Assembly: GCA_964016885.1 (NCBI GenBank)
Contig: OZ024747.1
Span: forward strand, 82,398,001-82,462,000
Direction: 5' to 3'
Origin: Eledone cirrhosa
Taxonomy: Eukaryota
Length of the DNA stretch: 64,000 nucleotides
Position 1 is the first letter of the stretch, and each line of letters begins with the position of its first letter. Below are positions 28,146-43,223 of the stretch, piece by piece. Made by a program: the position numbers and the translations under genes. The notes beneath the pieces were generated by a model, which was not told the origin of the DNA, did no database searches, and worked only from the letters and a program-made list of their open reading frames with translations.

Positions 28146-28726
28146 TGTGAACCAACTACGAAGCAATCATCGAATATTCCCCAAATAAAACCCCCTTTAC
28201 GTTGTACTCAGAGATATTCAGCGTGACACAGTATGTAAAAGTCTGGTCCTTTCAATTACAGGTGCAACTCAATTTTCCTAGTTGAATGCACACGTAAAAC
28301 ATAGAGCTACATATATAAACACAACGTGTCACCGGAAATCTAATCCACAGCATTATGAGCGTGGGTACAGCATACTAACCACCCGTTGTCCATGTACCTT
28401 TACATCTTCTTATTGCATAAATATGGTTGACGACATAAAATAAATGACAAACTGCTGTATATCTTCTTAGGTACTTCGAGTTTCTTGGATCAAGTTTATT
28501 TTACTTCATTGTTGCTTCAGGAAACTCGGACACAGAACTCCACGCTCATCGGCAGTTTCGACTCCTACCGACGGAATTGTTGGCTTACCAGAGGTCACAG
28601 TGTCTGACATAAACCAGACGCTCTCCAGTGGAATAAGAGACGAGAGACAAAACATCAATTTATAGGAATTAATCTACAAAACACACAGAATATACATACA
28701 CACACACACACACACACACAGAATAT

Positions 28727-28826
<100 letters not shown>

Positions 28827-28907
28827 GCGTGTGTGAGTGTGAGTGTCTGTTTATACCTTCATACATATTCATATATATATATACATATTTATATATATAT
28901 ATGCATG

Positions 28908-28982
<75 letters not shown>

Positions 28983-29145
28983 TAAATATACACGGGTGTG
29001 TATGATTGTGTATAGAAGATTATATTAATAAGAAAAATTCCAACTTTGTCTGATTTACTCGTTTTATTTACAATCCTTTAAAATTTATAATGGTATTATA
29101 ATGAAATAGTATGATAGAATATTAAATTCTAAGTGTTGTGTTAAT

Positions 29146-29184
29146 TGAACAAGTACTTTCATGCTTTCGCAATCTTCAGGTTCA
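29146..29184 (-). ncRNA. Minimal type-I hammerhead motif (39 nt)
   Basis: Minus strand: TGAAC-CTGAAGA-tTGC gaaa GCAt-GAAA-GTAC-TT-GTTCA. Confidence 0.75.
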
Positions 29185-29740
29185 TAATATGTGGTGACAG
29201 TCAAGTTTGCAATTTTCAACTGTCAATGTATATATGTATATATATATATGCGTGTGTGAGTGTGTGAGTGTGTGGGTTCGTTTATAACATCATACATACA
29301 TACATATTTATACACACATAGACACATACATATATACATGCATACATAACCGTCCAATACTGGAATCTAGATGCTTCCAGCAGAGATTATGATATATAAC
29401 GTACATAATGTGTATCAGTAATATTAATTGCAGCGTTCCGCCAGGTAGTTCAAAAGTGATGCAAATTTGATGATCAAATAGCCGTCACAACATTGAGAGA
29501 CTCAACAACAACAACAATAAAAACAACAGCTACAGTAATAACGACAACAATAACATAACACTCACAGATAATAACCGTGAAAATACTACGTTATTACTGA
29601 CACAATAGGTTTACCTCACGAAAAGGCCTGTAATAGTAAATATGATTACTAGATGTTGATTGACACAGTGTATTGGGCCATATCAAAGTAACACATTCAT
29701 ATACTTGCAGCACTGATATGTAATATATATATATATATAT

Positions 29741-29932
29741 ATAGGAACAAGTAAGACCCCGACGGCTGAGCTCAAGCCGTTTCGACGGCTAATTCAATAC
29801 AGAATTAGCCGTCGAAACGGCTTGAGCTCAGCCGTCGAGGTCTTACTTGTTCCTATTACCCACTCTACTACCCTAAGTATTGAGTACTTTGGTGCGTTAT
29901 GGTCCACCTGGTTCCTTACCACATTTCGTTCG

Positions 29933-29934
<2 letters not shown>
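29741..29934. mobile_element. PLE-like remnant with foldback, same family as 3141
   Basis: Arms 29741-29795 / 29802-29855; between (TA)n tracts. Confidence 0.7.
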
Positions 29935-30001
<67 letters not shown>

Positions 30002-30316
30002 TAAAAGGAAAAGAAAATGCTGAAAAATTGTTCCCAGTGAAAAATAGTTTAATTAGGAATAAATAAAAATTAGTAATGGGTATTGGTTAGTATTCAGTTT
30101 TGGTTTTAAGTTTTTACCGGTTGCGTATTTCTAATGCTTTTCAAAAATAATTTTGAGATAGAGCGCCCGTGATGTTTGCTCTAATCTAATATATATGATA
30201 TATATATATATGTGTATATATATATATGTATATATATATATGTATATGTATATAAATGTATATATATATGTATATATATATATAAATGTATATATATATA
30301 TATGTATGTATATATA

Positions 30317-30359
<43 letters not shown>

Positions 30360-30365
<6 letters not shown>

Positions 30366-30812
30366 ATACTTTGGGAGGGTCATGTTGCCAATAAGAAACA
30401 CACGCACCAGTTGCTTTCACTTCAATTTAATTTATTAAATATTTATAAATTTACAAATTTATAAATTTCTGGTTGGTTGGTTGGTTCCACAACCAGATAG
30501 TTGTTTATATATATATAGTCATAGTTCTTTCGTCACACACTCTGTGACCTCTTCAGTGACTGGGGATTTCTTTCTTCGTTTCTGTGCCTTCCCTTTCTTC
30601 TATCCTACGCCATTTTTCAAAGAGGTCACAGAGTGTGTGACGAAAGAACTATGACTATATATATATAAACAACTATCTGGTTGTGGAACCAACCAACCAA
30701 CCAGAAATTTATAAATTTGTAAATTTATAAATATTTAATAAATTAAATTGAAGTGAAAGCAACTGGTGCGTGTGTTTCTTATTGGCAACATGACCCTCCC
30801 AAAGTATAACAA
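30360..30812. mobile_element. PLE-like remnant as a ~190-bp-arm palindrome, same family as 2600-2851; intact HHR at 30517-30561 (minus)
   Basis: Left arm is the reverse complement of 2600-2851; right arm restarts inside the CTGAAGA core. Confidence 0.8.
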
Positions 30813-30868
30813 TATCGGTTTCAACACACGATTTCAGATAAAGAATCTTGCTAAACAAATTCAGAAAC

Positions 30869-30921
<53 letters not shown>

Positions 30922-31049
30922 GTATATATATATATATATATAGTTTCGTTGACAAATATATCATTGTGCCCAGACACGCAGATATATTGCCCTTGTTCTG
31001 GTGACGCAGCTTGATGGAGCATGCAACTATTGATATATTCTTGTTTATA

Positions 31050-31096
31050 AGCTCTGATGATTCCTGACTTAGGGTAAGGATGAAACACTGTTAGCT
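31050..31096 (+). ncRNA. Minimal type-I hammerhead motif
   Basis: AGCT-CTGATGA-tTCCT..AGGAt-GAAA-CACTG-TT-AGCT followed by AATAAA. Confidence 0.75.
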
Positions 31097-31134
31097 AATA
31101 AAACAATGTATTTCTAAGCACTCTTTGGTTATTC

Positions 31135-31311
<177 letters not shown>

Positions 31312-31318
31312 TATATAC

Positions 31319-31451
<133 letters not shown>

Positions 31452-31530
31452 ATATATATATATATATATGTGTGTATATGTTTGTATGTATGTATGTATA
31501 TATATTTATATATATATATATATATATATA

Positions 31531-31632
31531 AAGAGTGTCCTCCCAAAAATGAATACCCACTTCAACAGCATTATAATAAATATTGCCTATACAGGTAATC
31601 AAAGTGTGTATACATTTTTAGGACACTCTGTA
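31531..31632. mobile_element. Tc1/mariner-type MITE
   Basis: TIRs AGAGTGTCCT / AGGACACTCTG|TA. Confidence 0.65.
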
Positions 31633-31634
31633 TG

Positions 31635-31682
<48 letters not shown>

Positions 31683-31762
31683 CGTGTGTGTGTGTGTGTG
31701 TATACACATACATGTGTGTGTATGTGTGTGCGTGTTGTATATCGACTCCTTTCTAATATACA

Positions 31763-31876
<114 letters not shown>

Positions 31877-32283
31877 TATATACATATATATATAATAAAT
31901 GTAATCTGAGTTAGTTTTTCGAATATTAATAATAACATTCGATTCGTTTGCAATTATGCAAACAAGACTCATTTTAAAGCCATGTCAGTAGAATGAACAC
32001 TTCATTCTTGCTCTTGTGTTGGCATGTAAACAGAACTACAGACACTAATGTTGCTTTAATATATATATATATATAAGTTTTACAAAGTCTCACTACCAGA
32101 AGCTGCTTTGTTACATATGGCACCATAACACCATTAATACCGCCACACTATCTTATTCATTGATAATCGAAATTAATTCCAGAAACAAAGTATATTCCTA
32201 CAGACTTAGTAATGTGCTGGCAATAATCGAACAAATCAATTAAGGTTATCAATCAACCAATTATGAACAATGTCATACATACA

Positions 32284-32329
<46 letters not shown>

Positions 32330-32339
32330 GCAGAGATAT

Positions 32340-32380
<41 letters not shown>

Positions 32381-32389
32381 CAAAGATAT

Positions 32390-32423
<34 letters not shown>

Positions 32424-32433
32424 GCAGAGATAT

Positions 32434-32474
<41 letters not shown>

Positions 32475-32483
32475 CAAAGATAT

Positions 32484-32519
<36 letters not shown>

Positions 32520-32529
32520 GCAGAGATAT

Positions 32530-32570
<41 letters not shown>

Positions 32571-32579
32571 CAAAGATAT

Positions 32580-32620
<41 letters not shown>

Positions 32621-32627
32621 CAGACAA

Positions 32628-32666
<39 letters not shown>

Positions 32667-32790
32667 GATAAATCTACCAAGAGTTTACGGTAGTGTCCAA
32701 TCCGTATGAAGAACTCAATGTACTCCGGATATCATGGAAAGAAGAGATGCAATGAAAAATCACTTTCGGTGAAAGATAAACGGAATACAG

Positions 32791-32939
32791 ATTATTTCTG
32801 AAGACGGCATATATATGTGTTTGGTATGTATATTTAATTTTGATAGTTTATATAATTTTGTATAATTTTGTACATAGATCTGTTGAATATGCATGCCAAT
32901 TCTAACACATATATATCCTAGAAACGATCGTTAAATAAT
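32791..32939 (+). ncRNA. Type-I hammerhead motif with ~115-nt stem II
   Basis: ATTATTT-CTGAAGA-[long hairpin]-GAAA-CGATCG-TT-AAATAAT. Confidence 0.65.
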
Positions 32940-32997
32940 GAACTTTTTTTGTTTAATATAAGGAACTGTTTCATTGTTTTATTCATTATTTTTTTAA

Positions 32998-33045
<48 letters not shown>

Positions 33046-33190
33046 TATGATATATCTCTGTCTGATAGATATATATATATGACACATCTTTGTCTGATGA
33101 ACGATCCAGACATATATTAATATTGTCTAGGGTCCTGAAACCATTGGCAATGGAGTAGTTATATATTGTCTTGTTCACTTTCTAATTAAT

Positions 33191-33330
<140 letters not shown>

Positions 33331-33803
33331 ACAAAGGACACGATTGTCAGATTAGACCAGAGAAACAATGTTTCGTTCGATCTTTCTAATGCTGATACCA
33401 ACGTCCGGTCACAAATCCTGTGAGATAAAGTCCTTTGCGCAAGAATGTAACGCGCAGTTTGGTCCGGCAATCGAAGCTACGGCATTGTAATAGTGAGAAC
33501 AACACGTTGCCTACAAGAGCCCCTTTGTGAACGTATTAAATTCGCTCTCTGTATGTATGTATGTATGTATGTATGTATGTATGTATGTATGTATGTATGT
33601 ATGTACGTATGTATGTTATCTCTTTCTCTTAATTTCGAGTAAATTTTTTTGACCGGCCACCTTCCTGGTGGCAAGGTTGTAAAAGAAAAGAAATTGTCAT
33701 CCCTTGAATCGCAAGCATGTTTTGCGAACTTTGAAGGTGTCAGCTATGTATGTATGTATGTATGTATGTATGTATGTATGTATGTATGTATGTACGTATG
33801 TAT

Positions 33804-34282
33804 GTCGGGTCGTCGGCGACTAAACCGGCAACCCTACCAAGTTTACTTGGTGAGCAGGGTGATTTGGGACACCCTGCAGAACAAAAAGCAAAACCTGACA
33901 AAGGGCGGAAGAACTCGTAAGAGTCAACGGCCATCCAAAAGTGTGTGAATATGATGTATATACACATGTATCGCGCAGTTAAACCACTGGGAGTGAAGGA
34001 CCCTTAGCTTTTTTTCATGGCATTCATCTAGGAGAAGGCATCTCAGGAAACTGGGATAACTCCGATATAAAACCTGAGGCTCAGTAGTTACCGATGATGT
34101 TGATCTTTTCTTCTTTTCGGGTTATAGCTACTGTCGCTCGGAGAGTGGGATTGGCTCAGTGCACAGTCTTTCCTCACTTTAAAAAATATCTTCACGCACA
34201 GGCATTGCACGATGGAATTAATTTATAGTTATTAATAATGGTATATCGTGCAATACTCGATAACGAGGGGGCAGCCATCATG
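33804..34282 (+). mobile_element. Apparently complete non-autonomous RTE-like element (5'UTR-like part plus 3' end)
   Basis: RTE-like UTR motifs (CTAGGAGAAGG; GGCGGAAGAACTC..GAGTCAACGGC); inserted in (ATGT)n; multiple copies in window. Confidence 0.65.
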
Positions 34283-34639
34283 TATGTTAGTTATATATGT
34301 ACGTACGCCTGAATGTATATATGTATGTACATGAGAGATAAATCAAGGAGAGAATAATCAGACTGCGCGTACACGTGTGTGTATTTGTATCCATTTTATA
34401 TAAAATATACATCAATGTTCGCTTGTATAAATAATCCAAAATATAATTCTATTATATTTTATTATATTAGTTGCTCGTAAATAGGTTTCTTGTTGTTACT
34501 GTTGTTTTGTTTTTCATACACTAATCAACGCCATCAATAAATTCATAATATATCATGATTTCAGTACAGCCAATAATTTACTACACTAGCATTGTGATAT
34601 TTTGACCTCTTTCTTCAATTAGTGCTGCACGGAATATAA

Positions 34640-34702
<63 letters not shown>

Positions 34703-34887
34703 GATAAATCTACCAAAAGTTTACGGTAGTGTCCAATCCGTATGAAGAACTCAATGTAATCCAAATATCATGAAAAGAGAAGATGTATTCAACATTTTTT
34801 CGATGAAAAACACAGGAAAACAGAGTCAAGATAAATTAATAAAAATAATGAATAAAAACAAAGAAACAGTTCCTTATATTAAAAAAT

Positions 34888-35025
34888 TCATCATTTTACG
34901 ATCGTTTCTAGGATATATATGTGTGTGTTGGTATGTATATCATATAGATCTATGTAAAATGTTTACAAACTATCAGAGGGAATATACATACCTACACATA
35001 TATATGCTGTCTTCAGAAATAATGA
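34888..35025 (-). ncRNA. Type-I hammerhead motif with long stem II, homologue of 32791
   Basis: Minus strand: TCATTATTT-CTGAAGA-[hairpin]-GAAA-CGATCG-TA-AAATGATGA. Confidence 0.65.
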
Positions 35026-35284
35026 TATTTGTTTATTGAAAAAAACCAACAAAGATTTAATATAATAGGTCTGGTTATAATTTTGTATTGGCGATCGAGT
35101 AACGTGAAATCAAGCGAATAGCGATCTCTAGACCTACCAGTTCAGAGAAACAATTGTCAGCAATGAGATTAAAAACCTTTTTTGTATAGCAAACCATGTC
35201 AATCTTCTTTCCTGATTTATATATATATATATATATACAATTTCAAACTGCTAGCCTTGAGTGACCTTACAATCACATGTTATA

Positions 35285-35331
35285 TGCCTTGATAAGTCCC
35301 ACCATGTGGTCGGACGAAACGGCTGTCGGCA
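35285..35331 (+). ncRNA. Type-I hammerhead motif, U3-A8 core variant
   Basis: TGCC-TTGATAA-GTCCcACCAtgTGGTcGGAC-GAAA-CGGCTG-TC-GGCA, overlapping AATAAA. Confidence 0.7.
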
Positions 35332-35406
35332 ATAAACTTGTTATAATGTCATAATAGTTCCTTTGTTCTTTTTCACTAATATATATATATATATATATAT
35401 ATAAAC

Positions 35407-35440
<34 letters not shown>

Positions 35441-35461
35441 GTGTATATATATATACAATAT

Positions 35462-35570
<109 letters not shown>

Positions 35571-35573
35571 GTG

Positions 35574-35618
<45 letters not shown>

Positions 35619-35661
35619 TCATTATATTAATAAATGGAAACTATATTTATAAAACCATAAT

Positions 35662-35727
35662 TATTTTATTATATATATTTCATGGGCACCCAAGGCAAAT
35701 TTTGGAGCGCTTTCATCAAATAAAATA
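35662..35727 (-). ncRNA. Hammerhead motif with C3>U, relative of 25720 and 16659
   Basis: Minus strand: TATTTTAT-TTGATGA-..GCGCTCCAA..TTGGGTGC..-GAAA-TATATA-TA-ATAAAATA. Confidence 0.55.
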
Positions 35728-36438
35728 CAAAATTTGTTTTATAAATGTTGACATACCCGCCGAAGAACAACCTTAAAGGTTGGAGGTTCGCTGGATAGTG
35801 GAAACATTTTATTGAGGGTGATTATGCAAATGAATGTCCGAAAAAATTGAAAAAAACAACGGTTTATTTAAATTTTACAGTTGGACGAAAAGAGAGAGAG
35901 AGAGAGAGGAACAGAGTGAGAGAGAGAGATAAAAAGAGAGAGAGAAAGAGAGACAGAGAGAGGGAGAGAGAGAGATAGAGAGAGATAACAGAAAAAAGAG
36001 AGAAGAAGAGAAAGAAGAAAAAGAGAAAGAAGAAAAAGAGAAAGAAAAAGAGAGAAGAATGAAAGAAAGAGAGAGGAAAAACAAGAGAGAGAGAAAGAAA
36101 AGAAACCATATGCATAGTAATGATGAAAAAAGTTAAAGAGCAAACGAGTGAAGAAATAAGCTTATCAAGGGATGAATCCATATCTCGTAAATATATTTTG
36201 TAGTTATGTTTATATTCAAAAATATAAGATGAAAATGGTAAGTTTGTTGAATTCCAACAAATTAAATATAACCTTTGTATATATATATATGTATATATAT
36301 AGACATATATATATACATATAAATATACATATATATATACGTATATGTACAGATATATATATATATATATACATATATATATACGTATATGTACAGATAT
36401 ATATATATATATATACATATATATATACGTATATATAC

Positions 36439-36536
<98 letters not shown>

Positions 36537-36610
36537 GTTTATATATACATATATATATATATACATATATATAGATATATACATATATATATACATACGT
36601 ATATATATAC

Positions 36611-36665
<55 letters not shown>

Positions 36666-36740
36666 CGTTTATATATACATATATATATATATGCATATAT
36701 ATAGATATATACATATATATATACATACATATATATATAC

Positions 36741-36824
<84 letters not shown>

Positions 36825-36836
36825 ACATATATATAC

Positions 36837-36873
<37 letters not shown>

Positions 36874-36880
36874 CATACGT

Positions 36881-37545
<665 letters not shown>

Positions 37546-37548
37546 CAT

Positions 37549-37580
<32 letters not shown>

Positions 37581-37636
37581 TAGAAATATAAGCTATCGCC
37601 GTATCAAACTCGCTCGCTGTTTCGAAAATATTCTTA

Positions 37637-37731
<95 letters not shown>

Positions 37732-38694
37732 TCATTTTTCGGCAAAGGAAGGGAGAGAAGCTGACAGATTCTGCTTCACGCTGTTGGCGATCCTCAGAGC
37801 ACCGTAAGAAAAAAGAAGTGATATAGTCACTACTTTAAAAATGATAGCGCAAGGTCTTCAAAATGTTTTTAATTAAACATACGGTATATTGCCAAATATA
37901 CTATACATATGTTCATGCATACATCGCTATTTCAGAGCACCAATCCTAGTTTTTAATATATATATATATATATATGCGCTTTTTCTCCGCTTTCATTTGT
38001 GTGTAAATCATATATCTATATACATGATTTACACACAAATGAAAGCAGAGAAAAATCGCAACAGAGTGTAAAATATTGTTTATTTGTTGAGTAGTATGTT
38101 AGTGTGTTACAACATATATTGGAAAGAGAAAAAAATAAATGCAATGAAAGTAAGATAAAATACAAGTACAAAACAAACAAACAGAACAATAAAGCTTTGG
38201 AAAACAAATACATAACGTAACTACAAACAATACAATAGCGATAACAACAAAGAATTCGTTATCTTTGATAGAAATGATAAAAAGGTAGTAGAATTGTAAA
38301 ATAGTTTCGGACATTCCGTTCGACAGAAGTGGATCATCGATCAGTAGAAATTATCTTACGCCATGTTTAATAAGATACTGCAACATCGTTGTGCTTTTAA
38401 CACGCTCCAATTAAATATATGGCGGAATTAAGACGTTATTTCAAACGTTAGTCAACCATTCTCCAATAGCACCAATTCTGCAACAGCATCAGTCAGTCAT
38501 AGCAAAGATAAAAGGCAGACAACGGAAGCTGTTAGTATTGGGGATTGGCTTGTGGAAATTGTGCTGCATTTTAACATTTTAAAGCTTTCTAGTTGTCGTG
38601 TATGTTACTATGTGTATAACATAAGATGGATTCTGAAATGAAATTTCGTTGTTTGAATTAAGTTCATAGCCACATTCGCTTACCTGGCATTTCC

Positions 38695-38748
<54 letters not shown>

Positions 38749-38896
38749 CTTTCCCACACTCTTTCCTTCTCTTTCTCTCTGTTCTTCTCTACGTTTCTCT
38801 ACTTCTTTCCCTGTTTAACTCTCTCTCCCTCCCACACTCTTTCCTTCTCTCTTTCTCTCTGTTCTTCTCTACGTTTCACTACTTCTTTCCCTGTTC

Positions 38897-38979
<83 letters not shown>

Positions 38980-39067
38980 CCACACTCTTTCCTTCTGTCT
39001 TTCTCTCTGTTCTTCTCTACGTTTTTGTTTTCTACTTCTTTCCCTGTTCAACTCTCTCTCTCTCCCC

Positions 39068-39150
<83 letters not shown>

Positions 39151-39435
39151 ACTTCTATTAAAATGTCGGTCTCTGAGATTTTACTCGTTTCATTTATATA
39201 TTTCCTTTTACTATCTGTTGGTTTATCTGTTTTGTCTAATACTTACGATAGATTATCTTTGCTGCAGAAATAATTATCTTAATCTCTGGATAAACGTTTT
39301 CCACACATACCTCCATATGCAAAGTAAACAATTAATACGTGTGTGTGTGTGTATGCGTGTGTGTGCGTCTGTGTGCGTATGTGTGTGTGTGTGTCTGTCT
39401 GTTTGTCTGTGCGTGTGTGTATGCGTGTGTGTGCG

Positions 39436-39520
<85 letters not shown>

Positions 39521-39772
39521 CCAAAAGTACAATACCCTGGGAAACTAATGAATTTCTTTATAATATTATGCAATGAGAGCTATGGATTGACCGAGTAAAA
39601 TATTTTAGTGTTTAGTTATGGCTACATACGTTCTGAGTCAGTATCTAGCCGAAGTCAACTTTTACTTTTCATCAATCCAGACTCGGTAAAATAATGTACA
39701 AACCATCTACTGGGGGTCAATTAATTTAAGCTATCATTCTTCCACTTTTAATTATGTACCTCTCTAGGGCTG

Positions 39773-39834
<62 letters not shown>

Positions 39835-39951
39835 AATAATAAATGTAAAGACTAAAATTCAAAGAGAGCTCGATAAGGATTATATATATATATAATATAT
39901 GTATAAACCCGTAGAACAAATATTTATTATAAAAACAGATTATATATATAT

Positions 39952-39997
<46 letters not shown>

Positions 39998-40396
39998 AAT
40001 GTATACACCCACACATATGCATACACACGACCATACGCACGTCTACACATTAACACAAGCACGCTCAAACATACGCAATCACGCATGCACACACGTAAGT
40101 ATACGAACAAAAGAATTATGTGCAAAATATATTTTAATGAATAATGAATAATGAAAACGAAAAATTTCAAAACAATGTGAATGACAATGCAGTAATATGT
40201 GATAATATTCTGATATAGAGAATAACGTTATGCGGCGAAGGGAAATTTATATCAGACAATGAAATACATCAAAATGGAAGAATAGGACTTGTTGAATGTA
40301 TGCACGATTTATTTAACATTGTATTGTAATTGTATTACGTAAGGCTGTTGTGTGATACAAGATTTACAAGGTGAAGAATAGAGGTTGAGTAATAAC

Positions 40397-40540
40397 AGTT
40401 TCTGCTTTAGGCATAAGGCCAGTAGTTTGAAGGAGAAGGAAAGTCGATTAAATCAACCCCAGTGCATTACTGGTGCTTTATTTATCGGCCCGCATGGATG
40501 AAAGGCAAAGCTAATCTCGGCGGGATTTGAACTCAGGTTG
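40397..40540 (-). mobile_element. SINE family A copy
   Basis: Reverse complement of B-box, core and tail. Confidence 0.7.
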
Positions 40541-41172
40541 AGAGATAATAGCCATCTATCAATTATCCACTGTACTAACTATTGCGAAATGAAACAGTCA
40601 TTATGTAAATCCGAACCTCTGTCCAGAAAAAACAAGAGCAGGGGTATAGGAGGCGAGACAGACATGTCAAAACATAGTTGAAGTCTGTAGTGGAAGGCCT
40701 GGAAGATATAGACCTGGCAGAAATGGTCCTGGAAGATATAGACCAGGGCTGGAAGCAGCTTTGTGGAAATGGTACGCTTATGCTAGGAAAAAACCCGACC
40801 TCCATTATGCCTGCGAATGCTTTATAGAGAGCAGGAGAAACTACCTAACCTAACTAACAAAGCATGAGAGCATATCCCGATATGTAAATCGTTGGTTTAA
40901 AGTTCCGAGTGCAGTCATACCGTCATATATATGTATTGGTTTACTCAAGCTCTGCAGTATTGGTGTAAATCTAATATGAATCAATTTTGGTATCTTATTT
41001 ATTTTTTTCATTTTTTTTATTATGAAATAAATAACCTGAAAGCAAGTGATCCGTTGTAAAATCTCCGAGTAATGGCAAATACCTCAGCCAATTAAATCCA
41101 ATGTACTATTTGTATGGAGAGCAGATTTCTTCTGACCATTATTACTAACATGTGTGCATATCTGTCTAGCTG

Positions 41173-41207
<35 letters not shown>

Positions 41208-41417
41208 GGGATGGACACACGCGTATAACTTGCTGAGTAAGTTCTGTTTAAATTTCTATAGAAATTCTTGTCTGATAACTTTAATTTTTGTACCATTTTG
41301 TAGAGGGACTGCCAGGTCAAACTTTGATCTGGTCAGTCTCTCAAAATATTCTACGCCTTTAGGCGAAATAGTTAAAAAAAAAAGTTTTTTCTTGTTGAAA
41401 AGTCAATATTTTTTTAA

Positions 41418-43199
41418 ATGGCCGAAGCTTCTTCACCAAAATTCGAAGGAGGAAAGGGGAAGATGAACTTACAGCTTCCCCCTGCCACTGTCACAGTAGC
41501 AGAGGTCAAGAAGATAGGTCAGCCAGAGGAAGAATTCTCTCCACCTGTTAACCGACAACTTGACGTTACCATGGCAACAACCCAAAGAACCAACAGCAAC
41601 AACAACAACAATGCGACGGTAGAAAACAACACCAATAACAATAACAATAACAACAACAAGACCAATAACGGTGACAACAACAACAATGATAACAACAACA
41701 CCACCAACGACAACAACAACACAAACAAACAAAATTTCTCCTTCGCCGAGACGACAAGGAAAACCCTCGACTATCTGCCAGTAGATATAACAAAAGCGAA
41801 GGAGCTACTGGCGGATGCGAAAAAATATATAGTGTACGGGGAAAATGGTTCATTCACAATCCATTCCCCCCCGGAACTAAAAAGCCAGAGACTCCTAAAC
41901 ACGGTCATGTTTAGGACAATCTCGAACAAAAGTAAAAAACCAGCTCAACCATCACAGAGCGAGATAGAGCTGGTTTTAAAAGACGTCATGAAGGACATCA
42001 CCTTCATTCAGAAGGATAGACTCTACGGGAGTCTATCCATTCTCATGAAGGACAGGGACACAGCAGTGAAACTGTCCATCAAACCAATCACATCCACCGC
42101 ATACACCTTCTACCCTACGTACATGGGTAGAAGAACACAAAAAATAAAAATCCACACCATCCTGCCGATTATGGACATATGGTGGGTTTTGACAGGTTTT
42201 CTGGACCTGGAGGATGACATGCTGGTGTCCATGGGAAAGGCATCGGGTGACGCGTTCAGTGGAACGAGCCTCGAACTTGTAGTTCAAATGAGGCCCGAAA
42301 GGATCGCCCAGATCCCTGAACGCGTCATACTGGATGATCTAACCTTCATCAACATTACCGTTGAGGGTAGACGGCCCTCGTGTTACCTCTGCGGAACCAG
42401 AGGTCACCTGAGGGCTGTCTGTCCCCAACTTAATAAGAAAACCCCAATCCTGCCTTCACCACCAACAACTGCACAACCAACACAATCACCACAACAACCA
42501 CTACAAAAACAACCACCACAGCTCAAACCAAAACAAAACAATGTCCAACCCATCCCCTCCACTCAAAAAACAAAAACAATTTCCAAAACACCCGTACCGC
42601 AAACACAACCCGAAAATATACCCCTCCCCTCCAACGCGGAAGATGACCCTAGTTCGTCGTCAGACGAGGAGGAGCACTTCCACACAATCAAAAGAAAAAA
42701 AAGAAAACACACCTCAGACACACAAATGAAAAAAACCCCTCCCCAAAACATAACACTGACACCAACACAAAAGAGCTCACAACAGCAAACAAAAAACACC
42801 ACACAAAAACAAAAACATGCATACACATACATAAATACAAGAAACAAAAAACTGTTAAACATTGTGTACAACAACAATCTAATAAAAACACAAGGGCCTA
42901 ACTTCACCCAGGCAGGGGATTTCCCCCACCTCAAAATGATTAAGGCCCCACAGGACACCTATAAAACTTTAAAAAACAATTTTAAAGAGGACGTGGGTCC
43001 CCCCTGCGTCGGGCCCATTAACCGAGTCCTCCTAAAAAACTATCCCACCCCCTCCCCAAACACCCTCACAACTCCAAGCTCCCCAACCACACAACACACT
43101 GATGCCCCCACACTTCCACAAACCACCACCCCACCCAACAACCCATCCCCCACCCTAATGGAAATTGTGCAGCCCGATACCCGGGACGCAGAGAGGTAA
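41418..43199 (+). CDS. ORF1 protein (Gag-like nucleic-acid-binding protein with CCHC zinc knuckle)
   Basis: 593 aa; AAAATGG start context; CYLCGTRGHLRAVC knuckle; Asn-rich and P/T/Q-rich tracts. Confidence 0.85.
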   Translation: MAEASSPKFEGGKGKMNLQLPPATVTVAEVKKIGQPEEEFSPPVNRQLDVTMATTQRTNSNNNNNATVENNTNNNNNNNNKTNNGDNNNNDNNNTTNDNNNTNKQNFSFAETTRKTLDYLPVDITKAKELLADAKKYIVYGENGSFTIHSPPELKSQRLLNTVMFRTISNKSKKPAQPSQSEIELVLKDVMKDITFIQKDRLYGSLSILMKDRDTAVKLSIKPITSTAYTFYPTYMGRRTQKIKIHTILPIMDIWWVLTGFLDLEDDMLVSMGKASGDAFSGTSLELVVQMRPERIAQIPERVILDDLTFINITVEGRRPSCYLCGTRGHLRAVCPQLNKKTPILPSPPTTAQPTQSPQQPLQKQPPQLKPKQNNVQPIPSTQKTKTISKTPVPQTQPENIPLPSNAEDDPSSSSDEEEHFHTIKRKKRKHTSDTQMKKTPPQNITLTPTQKSSQQQTKNTTQKQKHAYTYINTRNKKLLNIVYNNNLIKTQGPNFTQAGDFPHLKMIKAPQDTYKTLKNNFKEDVGPPCVGPINRVLLKNYPTPSPNTLTTPSSPTTQHTDAPTLPQTTTPPNNPSPTLMEIVQPDTRDAER

Positions 43200-43223
43200 G
43201 TGCCTTTTCTCTTCACCACCAAC

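Noticed and set aside
32325-32632. CRISPR-like repeat-spacer appearance
   Set aside because: Spacers are only (TA)n, the context is eukaryotic and there are no cas genes
40600-40810. Possible old LINE 3' fragment with a 30-bp duplication
   Set aside because: Too degenerate to assign by eye
43200-43223. GTG start for ORF2 as given in the ORF track
   Set aside because: Eukaryotic element; the first ATG in good context is at 43224
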